A stretch of 64,000 bases of DNA from Guillardia theta CCMP2712 (GCF_000315625.1 NW_005434671.1:711068-775067), one strand, 5' to 3'; shown: positions 36,901 to 52,545, counted from the first letter of the stretch. Numbers and translations: made by a program. The notes: generated by a model not told the origin, from the sequence alone.

Positions 36901-38503
36901 GGCGTGCTCGAGGATAGCGGCGGTCCTGGCGCGGCATGCCGACCTTGTCATGTCCATGGTCCTCGACAGGGTGGAGCAGATCGAGTTGCAGATCAAAGGC
37001 GCTTGCCAAGTACGAAGGACGACGGGAAGAGAGGATGAGGCTGACGCTGTCGCTTTCAGGTCATGGAGACCAGCGAGGTCTCCGAAGAGATCGTCTTCCT
37101 GAGGCTGAGCCCCATGTTGATCCTCAAGCTTCTCCCCACGGCTGCTTTCAGGATCCAGGCCGTTGAGGAGGCGTTCGATAGGCCTGGAGAACTTGTCAGG
37201 CAGTACGATCGCAAGGGAGGACGGGACTGCCTCTTGCCCTTGCACGAGCTGGAGAAGGAGCTGCCGTGCTCGTCGGACGTGCCTTGCAAGACCATGTCGC
37301 GGCTGGTTCGCCTCCTCTACCAGCGGATGATGTCAGATGCCGAGCTGAAGCCGATCCGAGAGGTCGACGATCTCGCTCCCTCTCTTACCTCAGCTGACAC
37401 CTGCAGCAGGTCTCTGCTCAGGTGCTGGGCTGCGTCAACCCGGGATGGATCGTCGTAAGCGTGTCTCGACTGATCAATGAGCTGACCTCTAGCCTGGATG
37501 CAGCAGCATCCGGAGTAGGAGGAGGGGGAGGGGGAGGGGGAGGGGGAGGGGGAGGGGGAGGTGGTGGTGGAGAGAAAGAAGTCGCCGAGGGGAAGTCAGC
37601 CTTGTTCTATGTCATGTTCGCCTTTAGAGCCCACGGACTGCAAGCCTGCATGCGACAAGTCTACCTGCGCCTGCTGCTCAACCTCATGGCCGTCGACAAG
37701 GAGGGAGAGGAGGTAGAGCACGTGCTCCGGGGATGCTGCGCGGCCGTCGCTGAAGCCCTCGTGGCTGTGCTGATGATGAAACCGCAGCCGGAGGAAGCGG
37801 AGGATCACGGCAGGCAGACTGAAATGGTGCAGGGGGAAGGAGGGATCCTCTCCTCCTTCTGCGACCTGATGGGCGGAGACTTCGAGCTGGGCAGTGCGAA
37901 GTTGGAGAGGATAATGCAGGAGACTGAGGGAGAAGCGGGTCCGGGCATCGAGACTCGCCTTCAGTCGTTAGAGGAGGAGGGGAGGACGAGGCTGCGGTTG
38001 AGAGTCTGTGAGGTGATGAAGCACGTGGCGCGCGAGCTGCCAGGCTCCAGTCTCGCCATGGTGAACTTCTCCAAGAGGATCGCTCCGACACTGCTCGATC
38101 TCGGGTGCCGCCTGCAGAGTCCAGCAGCCCTCCGAGCAAGTGCCCTTGAGGCCTTGTTCTTCATCGCTTACACTCTTGGAGAGCGAGCGGAGCCACTGGT
38201 ATCGGACCTGCTCGACGTCGCTGAGCGAGGACTAACGGTGAGGGAAGAGAAGGTGGGGTGCGATGGAGGTTGGGGAATTGACAGGAGGAGTAGGCGAAGG
38301 ATGAAGCAGTCCGGCTGCATGCCCTCAAGATCGTCGGAGTTTGTGCAACTGCGGATGCGGAGACGTTTGTCAAGGACGAGGAGAGGCTCGTGCGGATTCA
38401 AAGTCACTTGGTCGGGATGGCAAACATGGAGGAATCAACGTCGGTCCGCGGACTTGCCTGCAAGCTGAGCCAGCTCATCGTCCCTGCGCAAGGAGCCGGT
38501 TGA
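33950..38503 (+). CDS. Large HEAT/ARM-repeat protein, multi-exon
   Basis: Series of Leu-rich helical exons (LLDRLGDEELT, ILPILCRRLYDRDDRVRSAAELAL, FLRLSPMLILKLLP, LRASALEALFFIAY); poly-Gly tract at about 37518-37570. Confidence 0.65.
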
Positions 38504-38776
38504 GCCTTTGAAAAAAGGAAGAGAGGGAGGAGAGGACGAGGAGGACGTTGGGGGTCTTGGTGGACGTCGGAGATGGCGGAGAGTTCGATCGGTTGATTGT
38601 CAAGCGAAGACAGTGACTGAGGAGAGAAGACGAGAAGGAGCATATTTAGAGCAAACATCTCGGATACATTCTGCTGAAGTCAGACCATGGGATATGTGAA
38701 CTGAAGTGCTCACTCTCACATGGCAAGGCAAGGAGGGTCTAGGGAGCCGATGGTGCTCGTGGCTCCTCCTGCTGCT

Positions 38777-39643
38777 CTAGGGCGATTTCGTGGAATCCTT
38801 GACCCACTTGAGGTAGTCGGGGAGTCCGGCGACCACGTCGGTGCAGATGAACTCCTGGGTTATTGCATACGTGAGGGAGCAGAGGGCAGACAAGGAGAGG
38901 GACGGGAAGAGAAAGGGAAGGAGAGGGAAGGGAAGGGAAGGGAAGGGAAGGGAAAGAGAAGGAGGGGGGAGGCAAGGAAAAGAGAAGGAAGGGAAGAGAA
39001 AGGGTCGACAGAGATGTTGAAGTAGAGAAGAGGAGATGAGGATGCAGTGGAGGAAGGGAGATACCGGGGTATCGTAGGGATGATGTTTCTTGACGTGCTG
39101 AGCAACCTGATCGGTGAGGGTGTCACGAGTCTTGACCATGAGCAGGAGCTCCTGACAGGACGTGAGAACTGCAGGGGAGGGAGTGAACAAGCAAGCTTCT
39201 GACTTTCTCAGTCTCGATCTTTCCTTGCCACAGAAACTTGCTCTCGATCCCCGGGATGATGTTGACACACGCAGCTAGCTGGGACTCGACCTGTGCACCA
39301 GCACGTTGTGACCGCTGGACGTATGCTGGGGGGAGCGCCATACCAGGCTTTGCGAGAGCTTGTCTGCCACCTGCACGCTCATGAGCACGCGAGCCTTGCG
39401 GCAGCTTTGCCTTCCCCACCTCCTTGCTGGGCACTGTGATGTAGCAGATCCTTGCCCCCGTAGAGCTCGAACTCGAGAGCATGCGCGCAGTCAACGACCT
39501 GACGGCCCGGGTGTCATCGATGGCGAGACGTTGAAGCTCTCGAACCTCAACATGCCGGGGAAGACAACCCAAGCGCCTACGACAGTTGCTCCGATGACCA
39601 ACAAGCTGCGGGAGTTCTGAAAGTCGATCAAACTACCTCTCAT
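38777..39643 (-). CDS. CUTA: CutA divalent-cation tolerance protein with hydrophobic N-terminal extension
   Basis: ICYITVPSKE...[33 protein letters not shown]...HHPYDTPEFI...YLKWV. Confidence 0.92.
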
Positions 39644-40398
39644 GGAACTCCTGAGAAGGAGACGGGGAGGTTAATGAGAAGGAACAAGAAGGAGAAGGAG
39701 AAAGACAATACATCTCTTGATCATCATTGCACCCATTCTTCTTGATCCCTGTCTCATTAACCACCGCAACCACCACCACTATCACCACTACCACCACCAC
39801 CTTGTTCTTGTTCTCTCCCTATTGCTATCTTCCTTTTTTGCTATATCCATCCACTAACTCATTATGATCTCCTTCTGCTTCTGATCCTACTTTTTCATCA
39901 TTTCACTTTCGCTCTCGCTCTCGCTCCCCCTATCGCTTCCCCTCTCCCCCTCCCCCTCCCCCTCCCTCCCTCTCCCTCCATCAAAGTTTGCCTTCTGAGC
40001 GGATGCCCAACATAAAAAAACCCTTTACGCAGAAATAAAAAAACTTTTTTCATTCACCCCACCCCTTTAGACTGAAGGAAGTGGGTACTTGATGGGGTGG
40101 GCAGGCCGGATGGGGGAGGTCCAAATACTGGACATGCATGTGGAGGGATGTGAAGGGCGATGGGAGCGAACGCGAGGAGAGGAGAGGGGAGAGAGGAGGA
40201 GAGAGAGGAGGAGAGAGATGAGAGGAGAGATGAGATGAGAGGAGAGACGAGAGACGAGAGAAAGAGAGCTTGATCGAGCTTGGTCGAGAAGGAGATAGAG
40301 ACAACAGCGTCAGAGGTACGTACCAGGGGAACCAACGTGACAGGCCTCGTGCCTTCCACATCGAACTGCAGCAGGAGGTCTGATTCAAGGCGCTCCCA

Positions 40399-43300
40399 AT
40401 GGTCAGGGAGAGAGATTCTGACATAGAGGAGGGAGCGGTGGCGTCTGGGGGAACCCACCTGGGAGGTCAGAACATGGTGAAGGAGGAAGAGGTATACGCA
40501 CGTGGTGGTTCAACCGACGAGGGGGTGGGCGAGACGGCGAAGGCTCTTGTGAGCCCCAGGCACGTTTACGGCCTTCCTTCTCCCCAGGGCAACATCCGCT
40601 TGGTGGCAACCTTGCGACTTCCTCAGTCGGCATCATCGCAAGCAGAGAGGGGGGAAGGTGGGGAATGGGACGACGAGAGCAAGGAGCGGGTGGGGAAGGG
40701 AAGCGATCGGGAGTACCGGCACCTCACCTGCGTGGACTGGAAGCCCTCGTCCTTCAATGATCTTCTCACCACCGCCAAGGTCATCGAGGACTTCCAGGGG
40801 TTCTCCCCCAAGTTCGTCGAGCTGGACCGGGACACTGATCTCAACGTCCCTCCTGGCTGGCTGGTGGACCCGTCCGCTTCCTTCCAGAGCCTCTCCGGCT
40901 GCGACTCGGCGCTGGTGTCCAGAGCTCTGGCTGACCTGCGCATCTCGGCAGAGTTGGCGGGAGTGAACTCAGACGACGCTGACTTCATCGCCTCGGACGC
41001 CACTATGAAGGCTATCTTTGCCCTTCCCTTCTCAGAGGCCAGCGTCAGCGTCACGGTCCACCGGGTCGACCAGTCGCTGATCTTCAGTGGGATCATAGGA
41101 GGGGATGTGAGGTCGATGAAGAAGAACGAGAGCTCGACGCTCTTTGAGGAGCAGGAGGAGGAGTGCGACCAAGGGCTGGGCAGCGGGAGAGGAGAGCCTG
41201 TGGACGAAGGCGACGAGGCCGAAGGCAGGAGGAGGCAGCGGGCTAGCGAGGACAGCTACCTGTTCTCAAACTTGATGTCCTACTCCATCTCCAGCAATAG
41301 CACAGACGAGGCGTCGACAGCAGTCGGGGAAGAGCTGGAGGAAGGGACCGTGGTCCCATCGCGGGAGGCCCAGGGCAGGCAGCGGCCTCAGCAGCATCTC
41401 GATTTGCCCATCTTCCAGGAGCACGAGGGCAGCAGCAGCAGCAGCGGCAGCAGAGATAGGAGGGTGCAGGACTTGCAAGGAGGACGCGCGAATTTCTTCC
41501 GCCGGGCCGTGCACTTCCAGTTCAACCAGCTGAACCTGCTGCTGGGCAGTGACACAGTCATCTTCAACAGGGGCCCCCGGAGGTCGAAGCTGAGCCTGAG
41601 GCTGGAGGACGCGGACGCGCAGGTGAATCAGCAGACGTGCTTGGACTACTGGCTGGACAACATCTTCAACAACCTGTCGGAGACGGCCGTGTGCTACCAC
41701 AAGGAGGGGAGGGTGCACGGGTACCAGCTCGTGAGGACCGAGGAGATTCCAAAGTGGAGTGGTTTCTCCTTCGAGCCCAAGGCCGTGATGGAGAGCGCGT
41801 CTTCCATCCTCCAGTTCCTGCAGCAGAACTGCACCAAGGAAGCAGGGACGTACTGGCTATGCCGAGCCGAGGGAAGCGACGAGCTGCAGCTCTTCTGCCT
41901 CGACGACGCGGACAACAAGCACCGCAACGCTCTCTCCCAGCCCGTCGGCCTACTCTGCTTCCGCATCGCGCGCAAGCTGCAGCAGCGTGACCGGGAGGCG
42001 ATCGAGGAAGGAGGAGCGTCAAAGCACAGGCAGAGGACGGCAAGGCTCTTCCTCAACGCCCTAACTGTCCTGGACGAGACTCTGCACGCGGCGACCGTCT
42101 GCCTGTGCCACGAGGGGCTGGCAGACGCCATGGTCGGGGCCGAGTGGCTGCCGGAGAGCGAGGGGATGGTGCCGAGCGAGGGAGAGTTCTACGTGGACGA
42201 GAACGGAGACCTGCAAGAGTCGTACCGTCGTCCCCGCAGGGAGGACGAGGGCAACTTTCGACCCAACGTGGGGGACACGGCGGAGTGGGGGGCAGGATAT
42301 TCCCTGCCAGACCTGGAGAACGCGGAGGCGCACTACAGTGAGGCGCTGAAGATGATGGATGGACGCCACGGGGGGAGGGAGGAGGAGGAGGGGGGGGAGG
42401 AGGAGGCCAGGAGACTGAGGACGCTGCGGCGTCTGAGGTGCAAGGCATCCAAGTGCGGCATCGCCATCGGGCTGCGACTGCTGAAGAGAGGGGACCTCCC
42501 CAACGCGCTCATGCGCTCCGTGAGCGCGTACAAGAGGTGCGTCAGGGGGCAGAGCAGGGAGGAGGAGGAGATTGTGAGCGAGGCGATGGAGCTCTGGGCG
42601 GACATCCACGAGGCTCTTTGCGGGCTGTCGGTGGAGAGGGTGAAGAGGCTGAGGGGTCAGCTGGTAGAGGTGCAGGAGGAGGAGCGGGTGCTTCACTTTG
42701 GGGACTTCGAAACCCTGGGCTGCTGGAAAGGGAGCAAGGGGGAGGAGGACGAGCAAGGGACGGACCTGACACCGCTGTCGCATCCCCTCAGCTCGGACCT
42801 GGAGGACAACTGCAACCACGCGATCCGCTACCTCATCCGTGCCATCCAGCACTGCCACACCCACAGCAGGAGGAGTGACCTGATGGTGAAGCTCGGTAGC
42901 GTCTACGAGAAGCTCGGGGAGCACTACACGGGCACCGGGCGGTTCACCCGAGCTCACCAGCACTACCGGCAGGGGATGCAGCTGTTCCAGTCCATCGGAG
43001 ACAGCCACTCCTCCTCCGCCCTCGCCTTCAAGCTCGGCAAGCTCTTCTCTGCTCGCTCGCACTCGTCGCCTCCTCTCCCGGGCCTGTCGCCCGAGCAGCT
43101 CAACGACCTCTGCCGCGCGCGGGGCCTCGTGCAGGCAGCACGGGATGAGATCGAGAAGCTGGCGAGCTCTCCTTCGGCCCTCTCAAACAAGCGGATGAAG
43201 TCACTGAGGTGAGGGAGAGTAGGGGGAGGCGCAGGGCAAGGGGAGGGCAAGCAACGGGGGAAGGGGAGTGCAGGGAAGGGGAGGGGAGGGGAGGGAAGGG

Positions 43301-45303
43301 AAGGGGAGGGGAAGGGGAGGGGAGGGGAGGGGAGGGGAGGGGAGGGATCTGGTAGGATGACTCATATGATGTCAGGGAACTTCTTTTGAGCGTCAAGGAA
43401 GAGCTTGCAGACATAGGTCAATCCTCCTCCTCCTACCCCTGCTCCTCTTCCTCCTCCACCACCACCTGCTCCTCCTCCTCCTCCTCCTCCTCCTCCTCCT
43501 CCTCCATCACCTCCTGGTCTCACTTTTCTTTGCAGACATGGCGCTAGGGGTTGGCAAACTTCATGCTCCTCAGAGTCCTAAGATCGGGTTTCCCTTCGCA
43601 GCCCTCACTCCTAAGAATGTAGAGAAGCTTTGTCCTTAACCACTTCTTCCTCTACCTCCTCTCCCGCCTCCCCTCCCGACTCCCTTCCCGCCTCCTCTAC
43701 CTACAATCTTTTCTCTCTTCCTAGTACCGGTCCTTCATCCTCCATTCTTTTCTCCCAGTCCTCATTCTCATCGGGTGTTGTTGCAGGAGGACCCGACCGA
43801 CGAGGAGGCGATTCGCTCTGATCGCGCAGACGTCTGCTTGCTGCGAGCTCTGGCTGTCTACGAGAGCCTCTCCCATCCCCAAGCCTTCGCTGCCCACATC
43901 TACTTGTCCTCCTTCATGCTCAAGGTCTGCGGGCGAACCATTCTGCCCCTCCCTCTCCCGCTCCTCCTCCTCCACTATCACCACCACCTCCTCCAACACC
44001 ACCTAGGGATCCTCCTCCTACTCAAGATCCTCCTCCATCTCCTGAGCTTCTCATCGCACTTTGTCAGGTGGAGATGGAAGTGTCCGAGGCCATCAAGTCT
44101 TGTGGAGCAGGGGAGGAGAAGTCGCTCCTACGCACCCGCAAGGTTCTACTCTCCTGCTTTCTCGCCTTGGCTTGCTGGCTGACAGATCGCAGACTTGGAG
44201 GCAGAGGGCAGCTCGCCACATGCTGCAAGCAAGGGCGTTGGCGCCCAGCATGGCTGAGCAGGTAGAGGCAGGACGAGGGGCGCGGGAGGAAGAGGGAGGC
44301 CATGGTGGTGGTCATAAAGAATGAGGAGAAGGAAGTAGTGTTGTGGGGGGGGGGGGGGGGTGTAAAAGAAAAAACGGGGAATTTGTTGGGGAAAAGGGGG
44401 GGGAAGAGTAANNNNNNNNNNNNNNNNNNNNNNNNNNNNNNNNNNNNNNNNNNNNNNNNNNNNNNNNNNNNNNNNNNNNNNNNNNNNNNNNNNNNNNNNN
44501 NNNNNNNNNNNNNNNNNNNNNNNNNNNNNNNNNNNNNNNNNNNNNNNNNNNNNNNNNNNNNNNNNNNNNNNNNNNNNNNNNNNNNNNNNNNNNNNNNNNN
44601 NNNNNNNNNNNNNNNNNNNNNNNNNNNNNNNNNNNNNNNNNNNNNNNNNNNNNNNNNNNNNNNNNNNNNNNNNNNNNNNNNNNNNNNNNNNNNNNNNNNN
44701 NNNNNNNNNNNNNNNNNNNNNNNNNNNNNNNNNNNNNNNNNNNNNNNNNNNNNNNNNNNNNNNNNNNNNNNNNNNNNNCACATTCTGTCACACTCTGTCT
44801 CTGTCTCTGTCTCTGTCTCTTCCTCCCTCCCCCCTCCCTCCCCCCACTCCCCCTCTATTCCTTCTCTCTTCTCTTCTCCTCTCCCCCCTTCTTCTTTCCT
44901 TCCCTCCTCTCTATTCCCTCCTCTCTCTCTTCTCTCCTCTAACTGTTCCTTCAGATCTTCAATTGCGACGACGCGGAGACTGTCGGGGAGGACGAGATGC
45001 TGCTGCGAGCTGCTGCCAAGCATGCTACCTTTGTGAGAGTTTGCGGGATGACTGTCATTTCCCTGACCCTTCCCAGCTGCTGATGGAGCTGATCCGCGAC
45101 CAACTCGCCCACCGCAACCTCCAGCTCGTCGAGCGCTACAAGTCGCTCTTCCGCAGCGCCCTGACCCTCTCCCAGGCATCGGGCAGGCAGTTCCTCAGGG
45201 TGAGACCCGACCGTGCCCAGCTCTGCTCCAGCTGACTCTCATGCAGGACCTCGCGACCCTCCACTCTCAGCTTTCGTCGTCGTCGGGCAGCTGCGCGACT
45301 TGA
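40399..45303 (+). CDS. EDRF1: Erythroid differentiation-related factor 1 homolog (TPR-like C-terminus); spans an assembly gap
   Basis: VSVTVHRVDQSLI, LLLGSDTVIF, CLDYWLDNI, CYHKEGRVHGYQLVRTEEIP, FEPKAV...ILQFLQQNCTKEAGTYWL. Confidence 0.85.
44412..44778. other. Assembly gap (367 N)
   Basis: Run of N flanked by low-complexity sequence. Confidence 1.
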
Positions 45304-45482
45304 GCTGAACGAGCACGAGAGCTCTTGCTCACAGGTTAGACGTGGGAGAGATCGAGGAGGGAGCGGAGGCGTATACACACATATCAACCTGTAGAAGAGA
45401 CCAACGCTCATGTACAACAAAAGTATTTAGAGATTGTTCACTTTAATCCACCTAGAGCTCTTCAAAACCTCCATTAACGTCC

Positions 45483-47063
<1,581 letters not shown>

Positions 47064-47178
47064 CGTAGGAGAGTGCCGTCCGGGTGAGATACAACCACTT
47101 GACTGCTCTGAATGGCCCCTGCACAAGGCAAACAATGAGCTTGCTTCAAACGTTGTCCGTGTCTACGTTAGATGATTC

Positions 47179-47186
47179 GCGCCAAA
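47179..47186 (-). promoter_or_regulatory. Putative E2F site TTTGGCGC upstream of RUVBL2
   Basis: Matches the TTTSSCGC consensus about 115 bp upstream of the ATG. Confidence 0.4.
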
Positions 47187-47420
47187 ATTCAGGGAGATAA
47201 TCGCTGTACAACATCATCCACCAAGCACACAGAAGATAATTGAGTATGACTTTGTGCTTTTTTAGCCGTTGGTGGTCATTCCAACTGCTCGCTCTCGAAA
47301 ACATCGATTCGCAACAGTAATGGCAAAGTGAAGCTACATAAGCATTAAAGACACGCATCTATCTTATAGTAACGGTTATTGCCCCTGCTCTTCCTTTCAC
47401 CAAAGTGAGCAAGCAGGCAG

Positions 47421-47500
47421 GCTGAAGGGCTTTTGTGCGATGACCGGGAGAAGGACACGTGCTGAAGGGCTTTTGTGCGATGACCGGGAGAAGGACACGT
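47421..47500 (+). repeat. Perfect 40-bp tandem duplication
   Basis: gctgaagggcttttgtgcgatgaccgggagaaggacacgt x2. Confidence 0.9.
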
Positions 47501-49335
47501 GACAGCATACAACAAGACAAGAGCAGCATGAGGCTATGAGCTGAAGATCTTGGAACGATCATGATGAGTTGAAGAAGGGAGAAAACACAACAGCAACATG
47601 TTGGACGGCCACATGGCTAACGCAGGCGCAGCAGCGGCATGCCAGAGGAGGGGCGGGAATTCTGCAGGACCCTACCCACACAAGAACCCTACCCACGAAT
47701 GCATTACAGTACCCCTTCACTGTACCCCCGGACAAGTATCCCACCTGATCATATCTCTCAATGTACCTACCCACAGTATTATTTACCCTACCCCAACGAT
47801 TTTTCACCCTCAAAAATTACCAAAAAGTACCCCCAAAAGGACCTTGTTGTGAACTTCAGGACCTATCCTGATCAAACGGACCCACCTTCTCTCGGACCCC
47901 CACCTACTCTCTCGACAAAGTACCCTCAATCCACCTCCAAATAAATCCACCCACCCTGTGAAAGCATAGCGATCCTCACGTTCTTCTGTGATGCAGGGGT
48001 AGGGTATCGCCAGTACCCACCAACCGAAACTGAAAGGGATGGAGAGGGTATACCCCTTCATCATCACGCTATACCCCCCCTTATCCCTATAATGATAACT
48101 GAATTGAACGGGTGTTAAAGTACCCCTACCTACCAGGAAAAAGGATGCTTCTGAGATGCAAGTTCTCCCGCTAGAAAACTGCAAGTGCCAGGCCATTCAG
48201 CTAGTCATGGAGTTCTAGATTCGGCCGGGCCACCCGGTCACCGCACGGCAGTGTCACCCGAGTCACAGCCGCTGAGCACGGTCGGCTTAGACCAAAACTT
48301 GAATTAGACCGTCACTCTGCATACACAGGCTCAGGAGTCCGACCGTCTGCACTCACGGAGGCTCTGCACTGGCCAGGCCCGGGGCCCGGCCTTTCGAGTT
48401 GCCAGGCTCAGTCACCGGGCGAACCGTTCCGAGAACTCGGAAGCGGCCCGGCCCTTGCGGGGCGGCGGCGCCTGCGTGACTTGTTAACTTGAACCGTGTG
48501 TCCGGTGACGCCCGATCACTGAAGCTTGAAGGAAACTCGGAATACTACCGGAACTTAGGCTCAGTGAAATGTTGAATCGCAGCCTGGCACCCGGCATCAG
48601 AAGACTGGCAGATGATTACAGTAAGGTGACTCAGTCTCGTGGCAATGCAACGGACTGCAGTGAGCCCCGGGTACCGGGCCCGAGTCAGGGCCCGGCGGCC
48701 CAGTGACCGGCCCGGCACCGGGCCGGGCCCGTCGGCGTCACTCACAGTGAGACCCCGGCCCCGGGACCGTCCTACTCTATTCAAGGCTTTATCACCCGTC
48801 GTCAAAGAGACCATACCGGTTTATCTGTGGTAAATACTAGGGGTAGGGGTGGTGTAAAGACCCTCAGAAACAAGGACCCCCCACTTTGAGGTATAGTACC
48901 CTACCGAACTCATTCTCCCGGCCGCAGGCGGTGGGAATGGCGTCCTAGTGTGTCGAAGCGGAGGGAACGGGAAGGAAGCGACGATGGAAAACCATCGGCG
49001 TTGAGGAGAATGAGAGAGAGGAAAAAGTAGCTGGTCTGTCTTTCTGCCGGGACGAATTCTGGGGACCATGAAGGAGGGAGGAGGGAAGTTGCTAGGCACA
49101 AAGTCAAGAGGCTTCCGATAGTGGCTTGCTCTACTGATGCTGAGGAGCGAGAGTGGCGTCTACCAAGTTACCTCTCGTGAGTTCGAGTGATTTCCTTGTG
49201 GAAGATCTGTTCCTTATGCCGTCTCACGTCCGAATTTTGGGGCTTCGAGGCAAGGCCCCGCGCGGTGACCCCGAGCACAACAAGTCCATGCTTCAATACT
49301 CCTCTTCTCGATATGATACCACGGCGAGCTCGGGG

Positions 49336-52300
49336 ATGACGACTCTTCTCCTCTTCTGTCTCTTTGCACACGTGTCCTGGGCATTCCATTCTGTAACTAC
49401 CCCTGCGACGTTCAGCGCACCGGGGCCGCACAGAGGCTTGCAACACTTGCGTTGCACCTCCATGCGGCGCCGGTACCGGCCGAGAGTTGACATGAGGGCG
49501 GTCTCCTCAGAGGTTCAGAAGACAGGCGATGCAGAGAATCATGAGGATCGCTCTAGTTCGAATCACACAGCGACGCTGAGGCGACCATGGACTTGGACCT
49601 CGGTGACCGGCGTTGTTGGGAACGCGGTGCAAGGGATCCAGACTAACTATTCTTTCTCCTTCTGGCCCAACTCGACCATATCGATCTCCCCTGTCAATCC
49701 CGTGAACTGGACGGGGAGGAGCTTCATTCCAGGGGTCGGTTACGTCACGAGGACTTCAGGCAATCTGTGGAGAAACGCTGTAAACTGGACTCTCGGGAGG
49801 CGGAGCAGGCCCATTCCTGTTCGATCAGTGTCGGAGCTCGAGGGGCTCTTGAAGCAAGGCGTCTCGATACATCGCATGGACGTCAGGGGAAAGTCGCAAC
49901 CCTGGAGGCAGAACGAAAGGGGCGAGCTGCTGGAGGCTTCCCTGGAAGAGCTCATCTCGGAGGGCAGGGCGGACGGTCGAAAGCGACAGTTCCAGCACCC
50001 TGTGCTGCGTGCGATCTGGAACCGAGTGAGAGAGAAGTCGAAACCTGGGGCGAGGACGGACAACTACAAGATTGCTCTTGCGATCGAGGGGGGGGGCCTT
50101 CGGGGGAGCGTCCCAGCAGGGATGGCAGCGGCGATTTCTTACCTGGGGCTCGGAGATGCGTTCGACATGGTGCTGGGATCGTCCGCTGGCTCCATCATAG
50201 GATCCTACTTTGTCGCGAGAACCGATGCCGACAGTCACTGTCAGATCACCTACGAGTTCTTCTGCAACCATCTGACGACGTCGAGGGAGAAGCTCAACGG
50301 GACGAACTGGCTCGACATGGGGAGGCTCATCGATTTGTTTGCACCTTCTTCCAACCAGCAATCCAAGAGTGCGGTGATGGTGATGTCCCTCATTCCTTGT
50401 TGTTGCTCCGTGCAAGTCTGATGCTCTCTGGCAGGTCCTGGACTATCCCATGAAGACCATCATGCAAGAGATGCTCCCGGTCAACTGGACCTCTTTCAAG
50501 GCAAGGAACGACAGGCAGCCTCTGAAAGTGATCGCGACAGGGCTGTTCTCGGAGGGACCGGTTGTTCTTGGCTCCGAAGAGGGGAGCTTTGATGACCTGG
50601 CATCCCTCTGTGAATGTGTCAAGGCTTCCTGCATGCTGCCTGGGGTAGCTGGAGTTCAGCCCCCGTGGCTGAAGGGAAGCTCGGCCAAGAGTCAGGATCA
50701 GCTGAGAAAGGGGCACGAGAAGTGGCTCAAGCAGGAGCTGAGCCGATCGATCTGGGCACGTGCGAGGCAAGCATTCATGAAGCAGGTGAGCCTGCGAGCG
50801 GTGGATGGTGGTTGAGAGGTGAAGGAAATCGCAGGTCAAACAACGTCGGCGAATGTCATGGGTTTTCGACCTGGTCAACCAGGGTGACCGCAGGACGAGG
50901 GAGCAAGAGGGCATCAACCACATGTACCTCTCCCTCCTGCTTCAGCGATGATGGAGAATGATTCTTGTTGTCGCAGGGAGATGAGGACTGCTCTAGAGGA
51001 GATCGGTCTCCGCCCCACAGATGAGGAGCTGGAGTACCTGTACAACAAGGCAGACTCCAACGGCGATGGCCTTCTTGACCTCCTTGAGTTTCGAGACATG
51101 GTCTACTGGCTGGTCGCTCAGGACGCTTGGATCAAGAACGATGGCTTCGGCCTGTCCGACATGGAGCCCATGGTGGACGCTCTCGTCTACGAGCCCATCC
51201 CCTACAGGTCGGCGATCGACTACGGCTGCACCCACGTCCTGGTCCTCCGGTCGTTCCCCGACGGCAAGCCGATGCCCAAGAGCCTGCTCGGACTCTTCGA
51301 GCGGCTCGTAGCTCCCAAGTGCCTCGATCCGTTTCCCAGCGTCAAGTATCACCTTCAGAGCGCCGGGCACTCCGTCATCTACGCCAGGGATCTCCTCCGC
51401 CTCAACGAAGCTGTCTCTCCACCGAGCACGGACCCGGATGACGTTCAGGTCCGTTGAGGTCGCGTTGCATCCGTTCTGACTCCCGGGGCAGATGGACGAT
51501 GCGCGAGACGTCGGGAGGATCATCGCGGTCCAGGCGGCCAACTGGGCTGGGATCTCGTCCATGGAGATGTTTGACGCCATGCACCCGATGCCTTCCTCGA
51601 CTCACTTGTTCGCCGTCGCCCCTCTTGACACGGACGGAAACGTGAGGAGGTGGAAGGGAATGTCTGGAGACGTTGACCCCGGTCGCAGGCCTTGTCGTCC
51701 CTGGAGCTCAACCGAGATGCTCTCTTGCGAGGGATCATGCAAGGATTCGCTCGAGCCTACGATGTCTTGGTCCCTGATGACCATCCGAGTCATTCATCAG
51801 GCGATCAAGTGGCCAAAGAGATCTTTCTCCCCATCCACTACCGCTTCCTGCATCAACTCTCTGAGCAGGTAAACACGTTCCGTGGCCCTTTCTTTGTCTT
51901 GTATGCTTCATCCTATTCTTCGTGGCTTCCCTTGATGGCCTAAACCTCTTCTCTCCCCTGCTGTATCATCGTCGACGAGCAGCTGCTCACCAGCAAGCAG
52001 GACTCCTCGGTCAAGAAGGGGACGCAGCTCTTCACCGTGTCTGGGTCGCAGACGGCCAAGGACATCAGGGATTCCCCTAGGTACGACGGAGAATGGGGAG
52101 AAGTTTTGATGCTTACCCTGCACCACAGCGGGGAGCGGGTGGGCAAGGCGGTCCCGTCGGCGTGGGAGGAGGGTGTGCACTACAAGATGGCGTCGTCGAA
52201 CAAGCTCGAGCACAACGAGCTGGTGGTGGTGCAGCGCAGCGACGGGTCCCTGCGGTTCGCGCAGGTGGAGGGCTTCGTCAAGGGGTCCTGCATCCTCCGA

Positions 52301-52545
52301 GTGGGTACCAGCGCAGATAAGGGAGGCATCCTCTTCCGGATGGAGCCCGTGGAGAAGGTAGGGAAGATCTGCGTGGAGGAGTGGACATGGGATCAGCAGG
52401 AGGAGGGAAGGTTCTGGTCGTTCCCATGGAGATGGAACGCTGATCACCAGCTGCAGCGGAGCCCTCCGGTGCGGTGGAACCTGAGGCCCTGGGTTGTAAA
52501 TAGGAGGGAGAAGAAGAACACCAGCGCGACGGGAGTGGAGCGATG
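49336..52545 (+). CDS. Patatin-like phospholipase with EF-hand insertion; putative bipartite plastid-targeting presequence
   Basis: MTTLLLFCLFAHVSWA|FHSV presequence, IALAIEGGGLRG, GSSAG nucleophile elbow, ASCMLPG, EF-hand DSNGDGLLDLLE, MVDALVYEPIPYRSA. Confidence 0.85.

Noticed and set aside
44064-45179. ORFs containing X runs
   Set aside because: Artefacts of the N gap.
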